A stretch of 64,000 nt of DNA from Octopus sinensis (lineage: Eukaryota), in NCBI RefSeq assembly GCF_006345805.1, contig NC_043025.1:13826001-13890000 (forward strand), in the 5' to 3' direction. How positions within the stretch are numbered: the first letter of the stretch is position 1; each line of letters opens with the position of its first letter. Below are positions 36,790 through 48,058 of the stretch, piece after piece. A program made the position numbers and the translations under genes. The notes below the pieces were generated by a model, which was not told where the DNA came from, ran no database searches, and saw only the letters and a list, made by a program, of their open reading frames with translations.

Positions 36790-37140
36790 ATGTTAGTTAG
36801 TTAATTTGGCTCAAAAGCAAATAGCAAGGCCATGTAGGGGGACATGGAGTTAAGTACAGGGTGGTGTTCATGTAAAGAGTTCAGGCCCCTTGAGGTCCAG
36901 GGAGGCTTTGAACAAAGCGGTCGTCGGCATCTTCACCATCACGTCTGGCAGCTTGTTCCACAGATCCGCAACCCGGATGGAGAAAGCTCCTCTCCTTCGA
37001 TTGAGATGAAATCGTCGCAGGTAGAGCTTTTCAGAATGACCCCGCAGCCGACGCTCTGGAGCAGGAGTGAAGAACAGCTCTTTCGAGAGGTTACACTTTC
37101 CGCTTATAATGTTGTGGGCGAGAATGAGATCACCACGGCG
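36790..37140 (-). mobile_element. Third copy of the same CR1 3' fragment, downstream of the finger arrays
   Basis: RGDLILAHNIISGKCNLSKELFFTPAPERRLRGHSEKL...ELFT and (TAAC)n tail. Confidence 0.88.
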
Positions 37141-37802
37141 GCGGTGATCTTGGTTCAACAATGAACACGATGGTATACTGGTTGGTATCCACCTAGTTCA
37201 ACACAGCAAGGCTGAATTCTAACGTTTGTAAGCTTCTTAGAATAATTCAGGAGCAATAGAACAGGTGAAATCCTAAGCGTCTGGGATAGGAGAATAGGCT
37301 GATCACAAGTTTAAAATACGTCCTTTCACTTCTATCGCCGTGTCTCAAGTCAACGACGCTATTAAGGAACGCGATAGAATTTCTTCTTCAGTCTCTAGCA
37401 CAAGTGCATGGGGGAACTTCCTTATGCCTTTCCAGAAGGTTCCAACCCCGCACACGCACACTGAAGAAGAACGTTGTGTGTGCGCACACTGGAATATGAC
37501 GTCACTACATGTTCATACAAGTGAGTAATTGTATGTGTATCATAATTCTTTCTATGAAGGTAATATCTTCTATAAGATTATCTTAGAAATAATAAAACAC
37601 AACACACGTCCTGTTTGTGTCGCTAGTAGAACAAGACTACCGCAACGAAAAAGAGAGAGTGCCTGATTAAATACAGGTGAAATGTTGTGAAAAGTTTTGC
37701 TCTGACATTGCTGGTATTTTAATCCCAATAAAACTACACCTGAACGTGTATTTAGTTTATCACTTTCACACACACAAATATATATAAAATAATGCCTTGA
37801 TA

Positions 37803-39017
37803 TGGGAGTTCACAGAGTCCGCTTGTAAACCGGAAACTTGTAAAACAGAACAATAATCTCCCATAGGAGCAGCGTTTCACAGGGTCCGCTTGAAAACCGG
37901 AAACTTGTAAAACAGAACAATAATCTCCCATAGGAGCAGCGTTTCACAGGGTCCGCTTGAAAACCGGAAACTTGTAAAACAGAACAATAATCTTCCATAG
38001 GAGCAGCGTTTCACAGGGTCCGCTTGAAAACCGGAAACTTGTAAAACAGAACAATAATCTCCCATAGGAGCAGTGTTTCACAGGGTCCGCTTGAAAACCG
38101 GAAACTTGTAAAACAGAACAATAATCTCCCATAGGAGCAGCGTTTCACAGGGTCCGCTTGAAAACCGGAAACTTGTAAAACAGAACAATAATCTCCCATA
38201 GGAGCAGCGTTTCACAGGGTCCGCTTGAAAACCGGAAACTTGTAAAACAGAACAATAATCTCCCATAGGAGCAGTGTTTCACAGGGTCCGCTTGAAAACC
38301 GGAAACTTGTAAAACAGAACAATAATCTCCCATAGGAGCAGCGTTTCACAGGGTCCGCTTGTAAACCGGAAACTTGTAAAACAGAACAATAATCTCCCAT
38401 AGGAGCAGCGTTTCACAGAGTCTGCTTGTAAACCGGAAACTTGTAAAACAGAACAATAATCTCCCATAGGAGCAGCGTTTCACAGAGTCTTCTTGTAAAC
38501 CGGAAACTTGTAAAACAGAACAATAATCTCCCATAGGAGCAGCGTTTCACAGAGTCTGCTTGTAAACCGGAAACTTGTAAAACAGAACAATAATCTCCCA
38601 TAGGAGCAGCGTTTCACAGAGTCTTCTTGTAAACCGGAAACTTGTAAAACAGAACAATAATCTCCCATAGGAGCAGCGTTTCACAGAGTCTGCTTGTAAA
38701 CCGGAAACTTGTAAAACAGAACAATAATCTCCCATAGGAGCAGTTTTTCACAGGGTCCGCTTGAAAACCGGAAACTTGTAACACAGAACAATAATCTCCC
38801 ATAGGAGCAGCGTTTCACAGAGTCTGCTTGTAAACCGGAAACTTGTAAAACAGAACAATAATCTCCCATAGGAGCAGCGTTTCACAGAGTCTGCTTGTAA
38901 ACCGGAAACTTGTAAAACAGAACAATAATCTCCCATAGGAGCAGCGTTTCACAGGGTCCGCTTGAAAACCGGAAACTTGTAAAACAGAACAATAATCTCC
39001 CATAGGAGCAGTGTTTT
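37803..39017 (-). repeat. 67-bp tandem array, ~18 units, inverted paralog of 23335-24010
   Basis: Same unit on the minus strand; the ORF track repeats every 67 bp. Confidence 0.95.
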
Positions 39018-39816
39018 AAATCCTAATTCATCATCATCATCGTTTAGCGTGCGCTTTCCATGCTAGCATGGGTTGGACGGTTCGACCGGGGATCTGGGAA
39101 GCCAGAAGGCTGCACCAGGCTCCAGTCTGATCTGGCAGTGTTTCTACAGCTGGATGCCCTTGCTAACGCCACCCACTCCGTGAGTGTAGTGGGTGCTTTC
39201 TACGTGCCACCTGTACAGGTGCCATGCGAGGCTGGCAACGGCCACGATTGGATTGGTGCATTTTACATGCCACCGGCACGGAAGCCAGTCGAGGCGGCAA
39301 TGGCATCGGCCACGATACGGATAGTGCTTTTTACGTACCACCAGTCTAGGGGTCCTGGCAATTGGTTCCCAGAAAAATATTCTACCTGTAAAATTTATAA
39401 TACTTGTAAATAAATGGCAATAAAACAACAGGAGAATGTAAAAAATATTTTTTGTGAAATAAAAAGAATGTCAATATCATTTATAATAAAAAAATATTAT
39501 TATTATTATGGTTTTCTGAATTACTTTCATTTTCACTGGACTTAAACACACCATCACTTGTGGACACAATCACCAATTCACAAGCACTCATGGACAGACC
39601 TGTAGATCTCTTTTTAAAAAACAAGTCTAGAGTTTTTGCCCTCTATAAATTTCGTGGTAATACGCAGAAGCATTTGTTATGGTAGTAGAAACTTTTGGAA
39701 TTCATTCAATATATGGATCTTGTACTTGAAAAATTTTAGCTCGTCATAGAAAAGTGAGGTGGAAAAATATGTAAACCCAGGGTCTCGTAGAGCAGGTTCT
39801 TATAAGGTGAGGTATT

Positions 39817-40022
39817 ACTCTTTTACTTGTTTCAGCCATTTGACTGCGGCCATGCTGGAGCACCGCTTTTAGTCGAGCAAATCGACCCCGGGACTTATTC
39901 TTTGTAAGCCCAGTACTTATTCTATCGGGCTCATCTGCCGAACCGCTAAGTGACAGGGACGTAAACACACCAGCATCGGTTGTCAAGCAATGCTAGGGGG
40001 ACAAACACATACACACACACGC

Positions 40023-40053
<31 letters not shown>

Positions 40054-40210
40054 TACGACAGGCTTCTTTCAGTTTCCGTCTACCAAATCCACTGACAAGG
40101 CTTTGGTCGGCCCGAGGCTATAGTAGAAGACACTTGCTCAAGGTGCCATGAAGTGGGACTGAACCCAAAACATGTGGTCAGTAAACAAGCTACTTACCAC
40201 ACAGCCACTC
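39817..40210 (-). mobile_element. SINE family A (mirror of 22137-22530)
   Basis: Shares the ATGGCTGAAAC variant and the flanking unique sequence. Confidence 0.85.
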
Positions 40211-40244
40211 AAGAAATTAGATATTTAAATGTTTTGTTTTCAGA

Positions 40245-40492
40245 GTATTTTTATTTCCTTTGCCAAGGACTCCAAACTTGCCATCGAGATGTAAGACAAG
40301 ATACTGCGATAGCCTGGGCTTCAGAGGTCCACAGCTCTTCAATATCTTCCCGAAGGACCTGAGAGACCTGCATGGGGTGGATGCAGATGTCTTTAAAATA
40401 AAGCTGGACCTCTTCCTGTCAGGTGTCCCAGATGAACCAACTTCACGGCAGGAGGTGCAGATGAGGGCAGCTGCATCAAACTCTCTCATGCT
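40245..40492 (+). mobile_element. CR1/L2-type LINE extreme 3' fragment
   Basis: GFRGPQLFNIFPKDLRD...FKIKLDLFLSGVPDEP...NSL. Confidence 0.7.
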
Positions 40493-40580
40493 AGTCGTGA
40501 CTAGTCGATCCTACAACGATTACCTAGCAATTCCCAAAACCGAGTTCAAGTATAAGCAACTCTCAAAACCGGTTTTCGCG

Positions 40581-40801
40581 GGTACTACTTAAGAAGAGTG
40601 GTCCCGGTGCGCGCATCCGCGCTAGCTAGTCATGACTAGTCGATACTTACTTTGTGTTTTATTTACTTTAAAAAAATTATTTTGTGTAAAAAAAATTTAT
40701 TATTTTGTGTTTTATTTACTTTGCTCGTAGTCGTAGGATCGACTAGTCACGACTAACTTGCGCGAGTGCGCGCACCGGGACCACTGTTCTTAAATAGTAC
40801 C
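40581..40801. mobile_element. Complete MITE with ~65-bp TIRs beginning GGTACTA
   Basis: GGTACTACTTAAGAAGAGTGGTCCCGGTGCGCGCA... and its reverse complement at the right end around an AT-rich core; no TSD seen. Confidence 0.75.
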
Positions 40802-40802
40802 C

Positions 40803-41640
40803 GAATTCTTTAGAGATTTCAAATCCATCTGTTACCATCCTGGGCTCTTCATTCACTTTCTTCATTGCGCTTGTGTATTCACGAATGAGTCCCTTACCTT
40901 CATATGTAGATGGGACAACAGTAACACTTGTTTTTAGGTTCCCTCCTATTTCATTTTCTTTGTATAATTCTGTTGTATCCTCAGCATCATGTTCAGGAAA
41001 TAATCTCCGATATGTTTGTTCAGCATTCTTCCTTAAATGTTTCGTTAAAAGGTCCAGAAAACGACTCACCTTTAAATTTCCTTGGGTTATGTAAATACCT
41101 CAACAGAGTCAAGGTTTCCACATTTCTTCTCTTATTATTTCTATGTATAAGTCTTTCACGAAGATTTAGAGCCAAAGGGTTGCCGAAATTATTAAGTTTA
41201 TTCAATAAAAATTCTATAGAATATTCCTCTTTCACTAAACCCGAATCATCAGCGCAAATAGCCTTCGAAATAATTTCTACTGAATGCAGAATTTTTCATA
41301 TAGTAAATCGAGAGATTTCCATTCTTCGTCAGCGATGGGCATCTGTGGAAAGTTTGCTCTTGTAGAGCATTTGGAATGCAGCTTTTCTCTCAATCATATG
41401 GAATTCCCAAATTCCACCGAGTTCTGCCAATCCAGTAGAAGTTTATATTCTCTGTTATCAAAGTTCGCTCCTACAAAATCTTGCAAAATTTCATTCTTTT
41501 TGTAGGAGATTTACGGAAAAGTATTGAATTTTTCTTACCTTATTTAAAACTTTGTTAAATTCAGGTTTTAGCTGGGGGGAAAACAAGCATTTTCGTGAGC
41601 CAAATCTGTTTGACAGTTGGCTTATGTCAGCTTCATCATC
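40803..41640 (-). pseudogene. Degenerate hAT-superfamily transposase fragment
   Basis: Across frameshifts reads VLNKVRK..FRKSPTK(N)EILQ..KLLLD..RTRWN (hAT TRWN motif) and RRNVETLTLLRYLHNP; cut at ISKEF by the GGTAC MITE. Confidence 0.75.
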
Positions 41641-41908
41641 ACTGTCGTCTGTTACGGCGATCACTGTCGTCTGTAACAACTGATGCCGGAATCAGTCAAT
41701 GGGAGACAACTCGTACTGGCTTGCTTCGTCTGGTTGCCGTTAAGGCAAAGGTGTTTGGACGACGTGTTCTTATCTGTAGTGAAAGACGCTCCAGCCGAGA
41801 CCGTCATGCCTTTGATTTGGATATATTCTATGTTCTGCTGTTGCTGGTGGTGTTTAGCCCTCGACTAGTCTTGATCCAGCAGACCCATGAACAACATGTT
41901 CCACCTAT

Positions 41909-43123
41909 AGGCGCAGGAGTGGCTGTGTGGTAAGGAGCTTGTTTAACAACCACATGGTTCCGGGTTCAGTCCCACTGCGTGGCACCTTGGCCAAGTGTCT
42001 TCTACTATAGCCCCGGGCCGACCAAAGCCTTGTGAGTGGATTTGGTAGACGGAAACTGAAAGAAGCCCGTCGTATATATGTATGTGTTTGTCCCCCTAGC
42101 ATTGCTTGACAACCGATGCTGGTGTGTTTATGTCCCCGTCACTTAGCGGCAAAAGAGACCAATAGAATAAGTTCCGGGGTCGAGTTGCTCGATTAAAGGC
42201 GGTGCTCCAGAATGGCCGCAGTCAAATGACTGAAACAAGTAAACGAGTATATATATGTGTATGTATGTATGTGTGTATATGTATGTGTGTGTGTTTGTCC
42301 CCCTAGCATTGCTTGACAACCGATGCTGGTGTTTTATGTCCCCGTTACTTAGCGGTTCGGCAAAAGAGACCGATAGAATAAGTACTGGGCTTACAAAGAA
42401 TAAGTCCCGGGGTCGATTTGCTCGACTGAAGGCGGTGCTCCAGCATGGCCGCAGTCAAATGACTGAAACAAGTAAAAGAGTATGACCATCATGTCTTATT
42501 CACACGTAGCCTATCCAGCAGTGGCTCACGATCGTAATGTCTTGAGTTCGATCAAAGGGTTTGGATGGGTGTTGATGAAGGAGCAAGGACTCCTGAAATG
42601 TGGCGCATACAACCATTACCCATTTTCCTATCTTTGATCTCACCGTTTCGATATTCACTGAATCCTGATGTAAGATCAGGCATAGAAAATGTCAAGACAA
42701 AATCAGTGCCGGTCAGAATTTCTTCAGAAAAATCTCTCTTTTTTTTTTTTACTTGTTTCAGTCATTTGACTGCGGCCATGCTGGAGCACCACCTTTAGAC
42801 GAGCTAATCGACCCTTGGACTTATTCTTTGTAAGCCCAGTACTTATTCTATCGGTCTCTTTTGCCGAACCGCTAAGTGACGGGGATGTAAACACACCAGC
42901 ATCGGTTGTCAAGCAATGCTAGGGGGACAAACAACACACACCACATATATATTATATATACGACAGGCTTCTTTCAGTTTCCGTCTGCCAAATCCACTCA
43001 CAAGGCATTGGTTTGCCTGAGGCTATAGCAGAAGACACTTACCCAAGGTGCCACGCAGTGGGACTGAACCCGGAACCATGTGGTTGGTTAGCAAGCTACT
43101 TACCACACCGCCACTCCTGCGCC
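41909..43123. mobile_element. SINE family A cluster (41909-42248 +, 42292-42481 + 3' half, 42750-43123 -)
   Basis: Same head and tail motifs. Confidence 0.82.
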
Positions 43124-43291
43124 TGTAGAGGAAACAGTTTCTTCAAATTACTATTCCATATTTTTTGGATGAGGAATAATGTACATTATTTACAATGGAC
43201 GGATAGATGTACTCACCTTGCTTGTTGTTAGAAAATTACTAGTTTTAAAACCTTACAACGTGAGTTATTCAGCAAAAGTACTTTGTAGTGG

Positions 43292-43527
43292 AGATGGTTT
43301 GCCAACATGACACGGAAGTCTTGATTTAGGACGAATGTTGCTGTAATTTAGCCCCAGGAGACATCGTCTCCAGCTGGCTATACGACATGATCTGTGCCCT
43401 TATATGTTTGAAAATATAAGGACACACATCATATCATGTAGCCATCTGGAGACGATGTCTCCTGGGGCTAAATTACAGCAACATTCGTCCTAAACCAGGA
43501 CTTCCGTGTTCTGTTGGCAAACCATCT
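43292..43527. repeat. Fold-back (MITE-like) element with ~110-bp arms
   Basis: AGATGGTTTGCCAACA...GGAGACATCGTCTCCAG mirrored. Confidence 0.85.
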
Positions 43528-44661
43528 TTGTTGTTATCACCTTTTGGCTGATGTACTCTCCAGCCTCATTCAGGTATTCTGGTGGAATTTTTGAACCCAA
43601 CCCTTTATTTAACTGATGGGGTACACTGTTCTCACTCCTAAGGTATGTTCATTCGTCGCCCCTTTTCAAGCCTAGCCAGGCTCATGGGCCCGGTTTCTGT
43701 GGTGTATGTGTTCCCCCCAGCTGGACAGGACACCAGTCCATCACAGCATTACTCAAAAAACAGGAAGAGAGAGGGAGAGAAAGTTGTGGCGAAAGAGTAC
43801 AACAGGGGTCGCCACCACCCCCTGCCGGGGCCGCGTGGAGCTTTTAGGTGTTTTTGCTCAATAAACACACACAATGCCCAGTCTGGGAATTGAAACCACG
43901 ACCCTCCGACCGCGAGTCCGCTGCCCTAACCACTGGGCCACTGGCTAGGCTTGAAATAGGCAACGTTTTTTTCGTTTCATGTAAACTGCCAAATGCAATC
44001 CAAACACCTGGAGCAATGGATCTATGCCACAACACATCCACTTTACAACACTCTACCACACACAACGAATTAAATTTATAAATTTATTTCTAAAAAAAAT
44101 GTATAAAATTCATCTTAAAAATTTATAAATTCTTTTCAGTAAAAAAGAGAAAAAAAAAAAAGGAAAAAAAGATTCATTTTGATAAAAAAAAACACCCCAT
44201 GACAGTCTTTTTAAAAATAAATAATTTTCATATTTACTGAATTCCAAATATTTCCCGATTCAAGAATCTGTTGCCATGACGAATCTTTTTTCTCACATCA
44301 ATATTTTTTTTCTTTTCCCGCCAAAAAAGTGTATTTTGAACAAATATTCACATAACCTGTTGATGATGTTGTTGATGATATTGTTGTTTGTCACGACTGG
44401 ATACTTTTTTTTTTTTTTTTTTTGCTTTTTTTCACAGGTGAGGGGCATGGCTGGATTCAGTCTTATTACGCAGCACTTTGGGACAAAGGTCTTCTACAAT
44501 GATTGCAGACTGATCAATGCCTTCTGCGTAGAATTCATAGACCAGAAACTGTGCCAAAGCCTGTTGTGTTGTGTGTGTGTGTGTGTGTGTGCGTGTCTGT
44601 CAATATATATATATATGTATATATTATATATACACATATGTATGTATGCGTATATACCTAT

Positions 44662-44717
<56 letters not shown>

Positions 44718-44838
44718 TTAATAAGGGTGAGAGAATTAGATACTAATTTAATAGTATATATATTCTACACCAAGTGGCCTAGTGCTCCGAGAAACCTGGA
44801 TTATTATAATATTTTATAATATATTATAATATTTTTAC

Positions 44839-45273
44839 AAAATAAATATAAGAGAGTGGTCACTATATGGCTCACTCTAGCACCAGTTAATCCACACGTG
44901 AGCTAACAATCGTACTGACTTTCATGGGAAACATGTATTTTTGTGGTTGAACCTTTTGGATTAACTGGTGCTAGAGTGAGCCATATAGTGACCACTCTCT
45001 TATATTTATTTTATATATATATATATAATATATATATATATATATTATAAAAATAGGGTTCAGTAAAATAATTTACTTTACCACACACCAAACTTTTTAG
45101 AAATAGCAGCCAAAAATGTTAACTATTTCTTCTACTGTAAGAAAAATCTCCCAGACAATGTATACTCAAAAATAACTACAGTAGAAGAAATAGCTAAAAT
45201 TTTTGACTGCTATTTCTAAAAAGTTCGGTGTGTGGTAAAGTAAATTATTTTACTGAACCCTATTTTTATAATA
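44839..45273. repeat. Two adjacent inverted repeats (44839-45012, 56-bp arms; 45043-45273, ~95-bp arms)
   Basis: Direct reverse-complement matches. Confidence 0.85.
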
Positions 45274-45369
45274 CAATATTTCAAATATACCTTAAATGGT
45301 CTTCTTACATACTGAACACTACTTGGTAAAATTAATTAATAATTAATTAGTTTTACCCTTTTATTATTG

Positions 45370-45409
<40 letters not shown>

Positions 45410-45603
45410 CATACACATTAAATATAATGTATTATATAATACATACATATTATATACATCTATGTATACATACATAGATGTATATGAATGTATATGTGTG
45501 TGTGAGTATTGTATATATATTATATAATCATATATGTGATTGCATGTGCAGGTATGTGTGTGTGTATATATTTGTATCTATCTATCTATATATCTATCTA
45601 TAT

Positions 45604-45795
45604 GGCGCAGGAGTGCCTGTGTGGTAAGTAGCTTGCTAACCAACCACATGGTTCCGGGTTCAGTCCCACTGTATGGCACCTTGGGCAAGTGTCTTCTGCT
45701 ATAGCCTCGGGCCGACCAAAGCCATGTGGGTGGATTTGGTAGACAGGAAACTGAAAGAAACCCGTCGTATATATGTATATATATATATATATATA

Positions 45796-45832
<37 letters not shown>

Positions 45833-46020
45833 TTGTCCCCCTAGCATTGCTTGACAACCGATGCTGGTGTGTTTACGTCCCCGTCACTTAGCGGTTCGGC
45901 AAAAGAAACCGCTAGAATAAGTACTGGGCTTACAAAGAATAAGTCCCGGGGTCGAGTTGCTCGATTAAAGGTCGTGCTCCAGCATGGCCGCAGTCAAAAT
46001 GACTGAAACAAGTAAAAAAA
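45604..46020 (+). mobile_element. SINE family A
   Basis: Full-length copy. Confidence 0.86.
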
Positions 46021-46535
46021 AAAGAAATATATATATATATACATACATACACACAGTAGTCAACACCCTTATTATATAGACATGTAACAAAGCGTGCGTG
46101 TCCATAAATATCATACTGGTGTGTGTGTGTGTATATATATATATATTGTCTGTATGTCTGTTTTCTTATCACCATTTCAAAGAAAAAAAAAAGCCCAAAA
46201 TTACAACAAAACAAAACAAGAACAAAAAAAAAATCAAAAAAATACTAAAAATGTACAAAACACGTCTGTTTTTTTTTTTTTTTTTTTTCTTTTTTGCCCT
46301 CTGAAATGACATCAACAACAACAACATCACGAATAATAATTTACCAGACTTTAAAAAAAAACAACAGAAAAAAAAATATATATATATATAAAAAAGAAAG
46401 AATATTTTGGTGGATTAGTCGTGATCACCAAGCAAAACCCTTTTTTACGTTGGGGTAGCCCTAACACCCAAGCAGGGCCCCGCAGTCAGTGAATTTATAT
46501 ATGAGTATACATAAATATATTTATATATATATTTT

Positions 46536-46618
46536 CTTTCCTGATGAGAAGATGGCATAATGCACCCTTTATTCCTTCAGAATTAAGAGTATGCCGTCTT
46601 CGAAACATGTGTCGAGAG
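46536..46618 (+). ncRNA. Minimal type I hammerhead ribozyme motif (Penelope-like element type), copy 1
   Basis: Stem I CTTTC/GAGAG; core CTGATGA 46541-46547; 12-bp stem II GAAGATGGCATA/TATGCCGTCTTC; GAAAC-ATGT-GTC with predicted cleavage after 46613. Confidence 0.85.
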
Positions 46619-46716
46619 TAAAGGAAGTTTGTTAAATTTATGAGTATAAAAGTATATGTATTTATCAAAAGTCCATTGTAAAAAATAATAATAATGGTTT
46701 TAAATTTTGCCACGGT

Positions 46717-47525
46717 GGCAGCCATTTTGTGGGAGAGGAGATGAGTCGATTACATCGACCCCAGTGCATAACTGGTACTTTGTTTTATCGGCCACGGAAG
46801 GACGAAAGGCAAAGTCAGCCCCACTGGGATTTGAACACAGAACATAAAGACAGATGAAATGCTGCTAAGCAATTTGCTCAGCATGCTAACAATTCTGCCA
46901 GCTCGCTGCCTTAATAATAATAATAATAATATATGCACACCCACATACACATATGTGAAGTTGAAAATGCTCTTGGAGTTCTTTAGATTGTTTATTTTCA
47001 GAGGCTTAACTGGTTTCAAATTTTGCAGCCATTTTGTGGGAGTGGAAACGAGTCGATTACATCGACCCCAGTGCGTAACTGGTACTTTGTTTTATCAGCC
47101 ACGGAAGGATGAAAGGCAAAGTCAGCCCCGCTGGGATTTGAACACAGAACATAAAAGCAGATGAAATGCCGCTAAGCAATTTGCTCAGCATGCTAAGAAT
47201 TCTGCCAGTTCGCTGCCTTAATAATAATAATAATAATAATATATGTACACCCACATACACATATGTGAAGTTGAAAACGCTCTTGGAGTTCTTTAGATTG
47301 TTTATTTTTAGAGGCTTATCTGGTTTCAAATTTTGCAGCCATTTTGTGGGAGAGGAAATGAGTCGATTACATCGACCCCCAGTGTTTAACTGGTACTTAT
47401 TTTATCAACCCCGAAAGGATGAAGCGCTAAGTGGGCCTCGGTGGAATTTTGAACTCACAACGTCGCTACAGGTGAAATATCGTTAAGCATTTCGTCCAGC
47501 GTGCTAACGATTCTGCTAGCTCATT
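46717..47525 (-). mobile_element. Three tandem ~307-bp units, each containing a family B SINE
   Basis: Core GTCGACTTTGCCTTTCATCCTTTCGGGGTCGATAAA..GTACCAGTTACGCACTGGGGTCGAT (reverse); units start ~46717, 47024, 47334. Confidence 0.85.
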
Positions 47526-47975
47526 GGCTTAATAATAATAATAATAATAATAATGATGATAATGAAAAAATAGAAAAGGGGGAGGTAACTCACATAACCA
47601 TTCGGTGACTAGAGATATACAAAAAATGAACTTGAGTGAAAACACTTCGAACACTGTGTTGCTATGAAAATGAGTTTCAATGTCTTTTGATACCAGTAAT
47701 TATTGTGGGTTGGAGTTTGTCAACATCTGAGTACAGTGCTGGGAAAGAGGGAGGGGTATGTAAATGGTTTTATATTAAAGTTTTTTTTTGTATTATTGTT
47801 TCTGGTTTCTTTTATTTTTTTCCTTATAAAAAAAATTGTAAAAAAAAAAATTGGTGAAAAATATAAAAACAAAAAAAAAAGTATGTTTGGTTTTCTTTCT
47901 TTCATCATGTTTTCATATAAAAGTTTTTCGTTGGTTAAATATATGCATACATAAATATATTTATATATATATTTT

Positions 47976-48058
47976 CTTTCCTGATGAGAAGATGGTATAA
48001 TGCACCCTTTATTCCTTCGGAATTAAGAGTATGCCGTCTTCGAAACATGTGTCGAGAG
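47976..48058 (+). ncRNA. Minimal type I hammerhead ribozyme motif, copy 2
   Basis: Same architecture 1440 bp downstream; core CTGATGA 47981-47987, GTC 48051-48053; the stem II C>T change gives a G-U pair. Confidence 0.85.

Larger units (their letters stand above)
22140..40210. repeat. Large imperfect inverted segmental duplication (left arm ~22140-29558, right arm ~29670-40210)
   Basis: Mirror order of SINE, unique 22530-22960/39400-39817, (ATG)n-tailed repeat, 67-bp array, ZNF, CR1 tail, MITE and promoter; reverse-complement matches visible throughout. Confidence 0.92.

Noticed and set aside
37803-39017. 67-bp arrays as a CRISPR-like locus or a family of 62-aa peptide genes
   Set aside because: Units are contiguous with no unique spacers; the repeated ORFs simply follow the 67-bp period.
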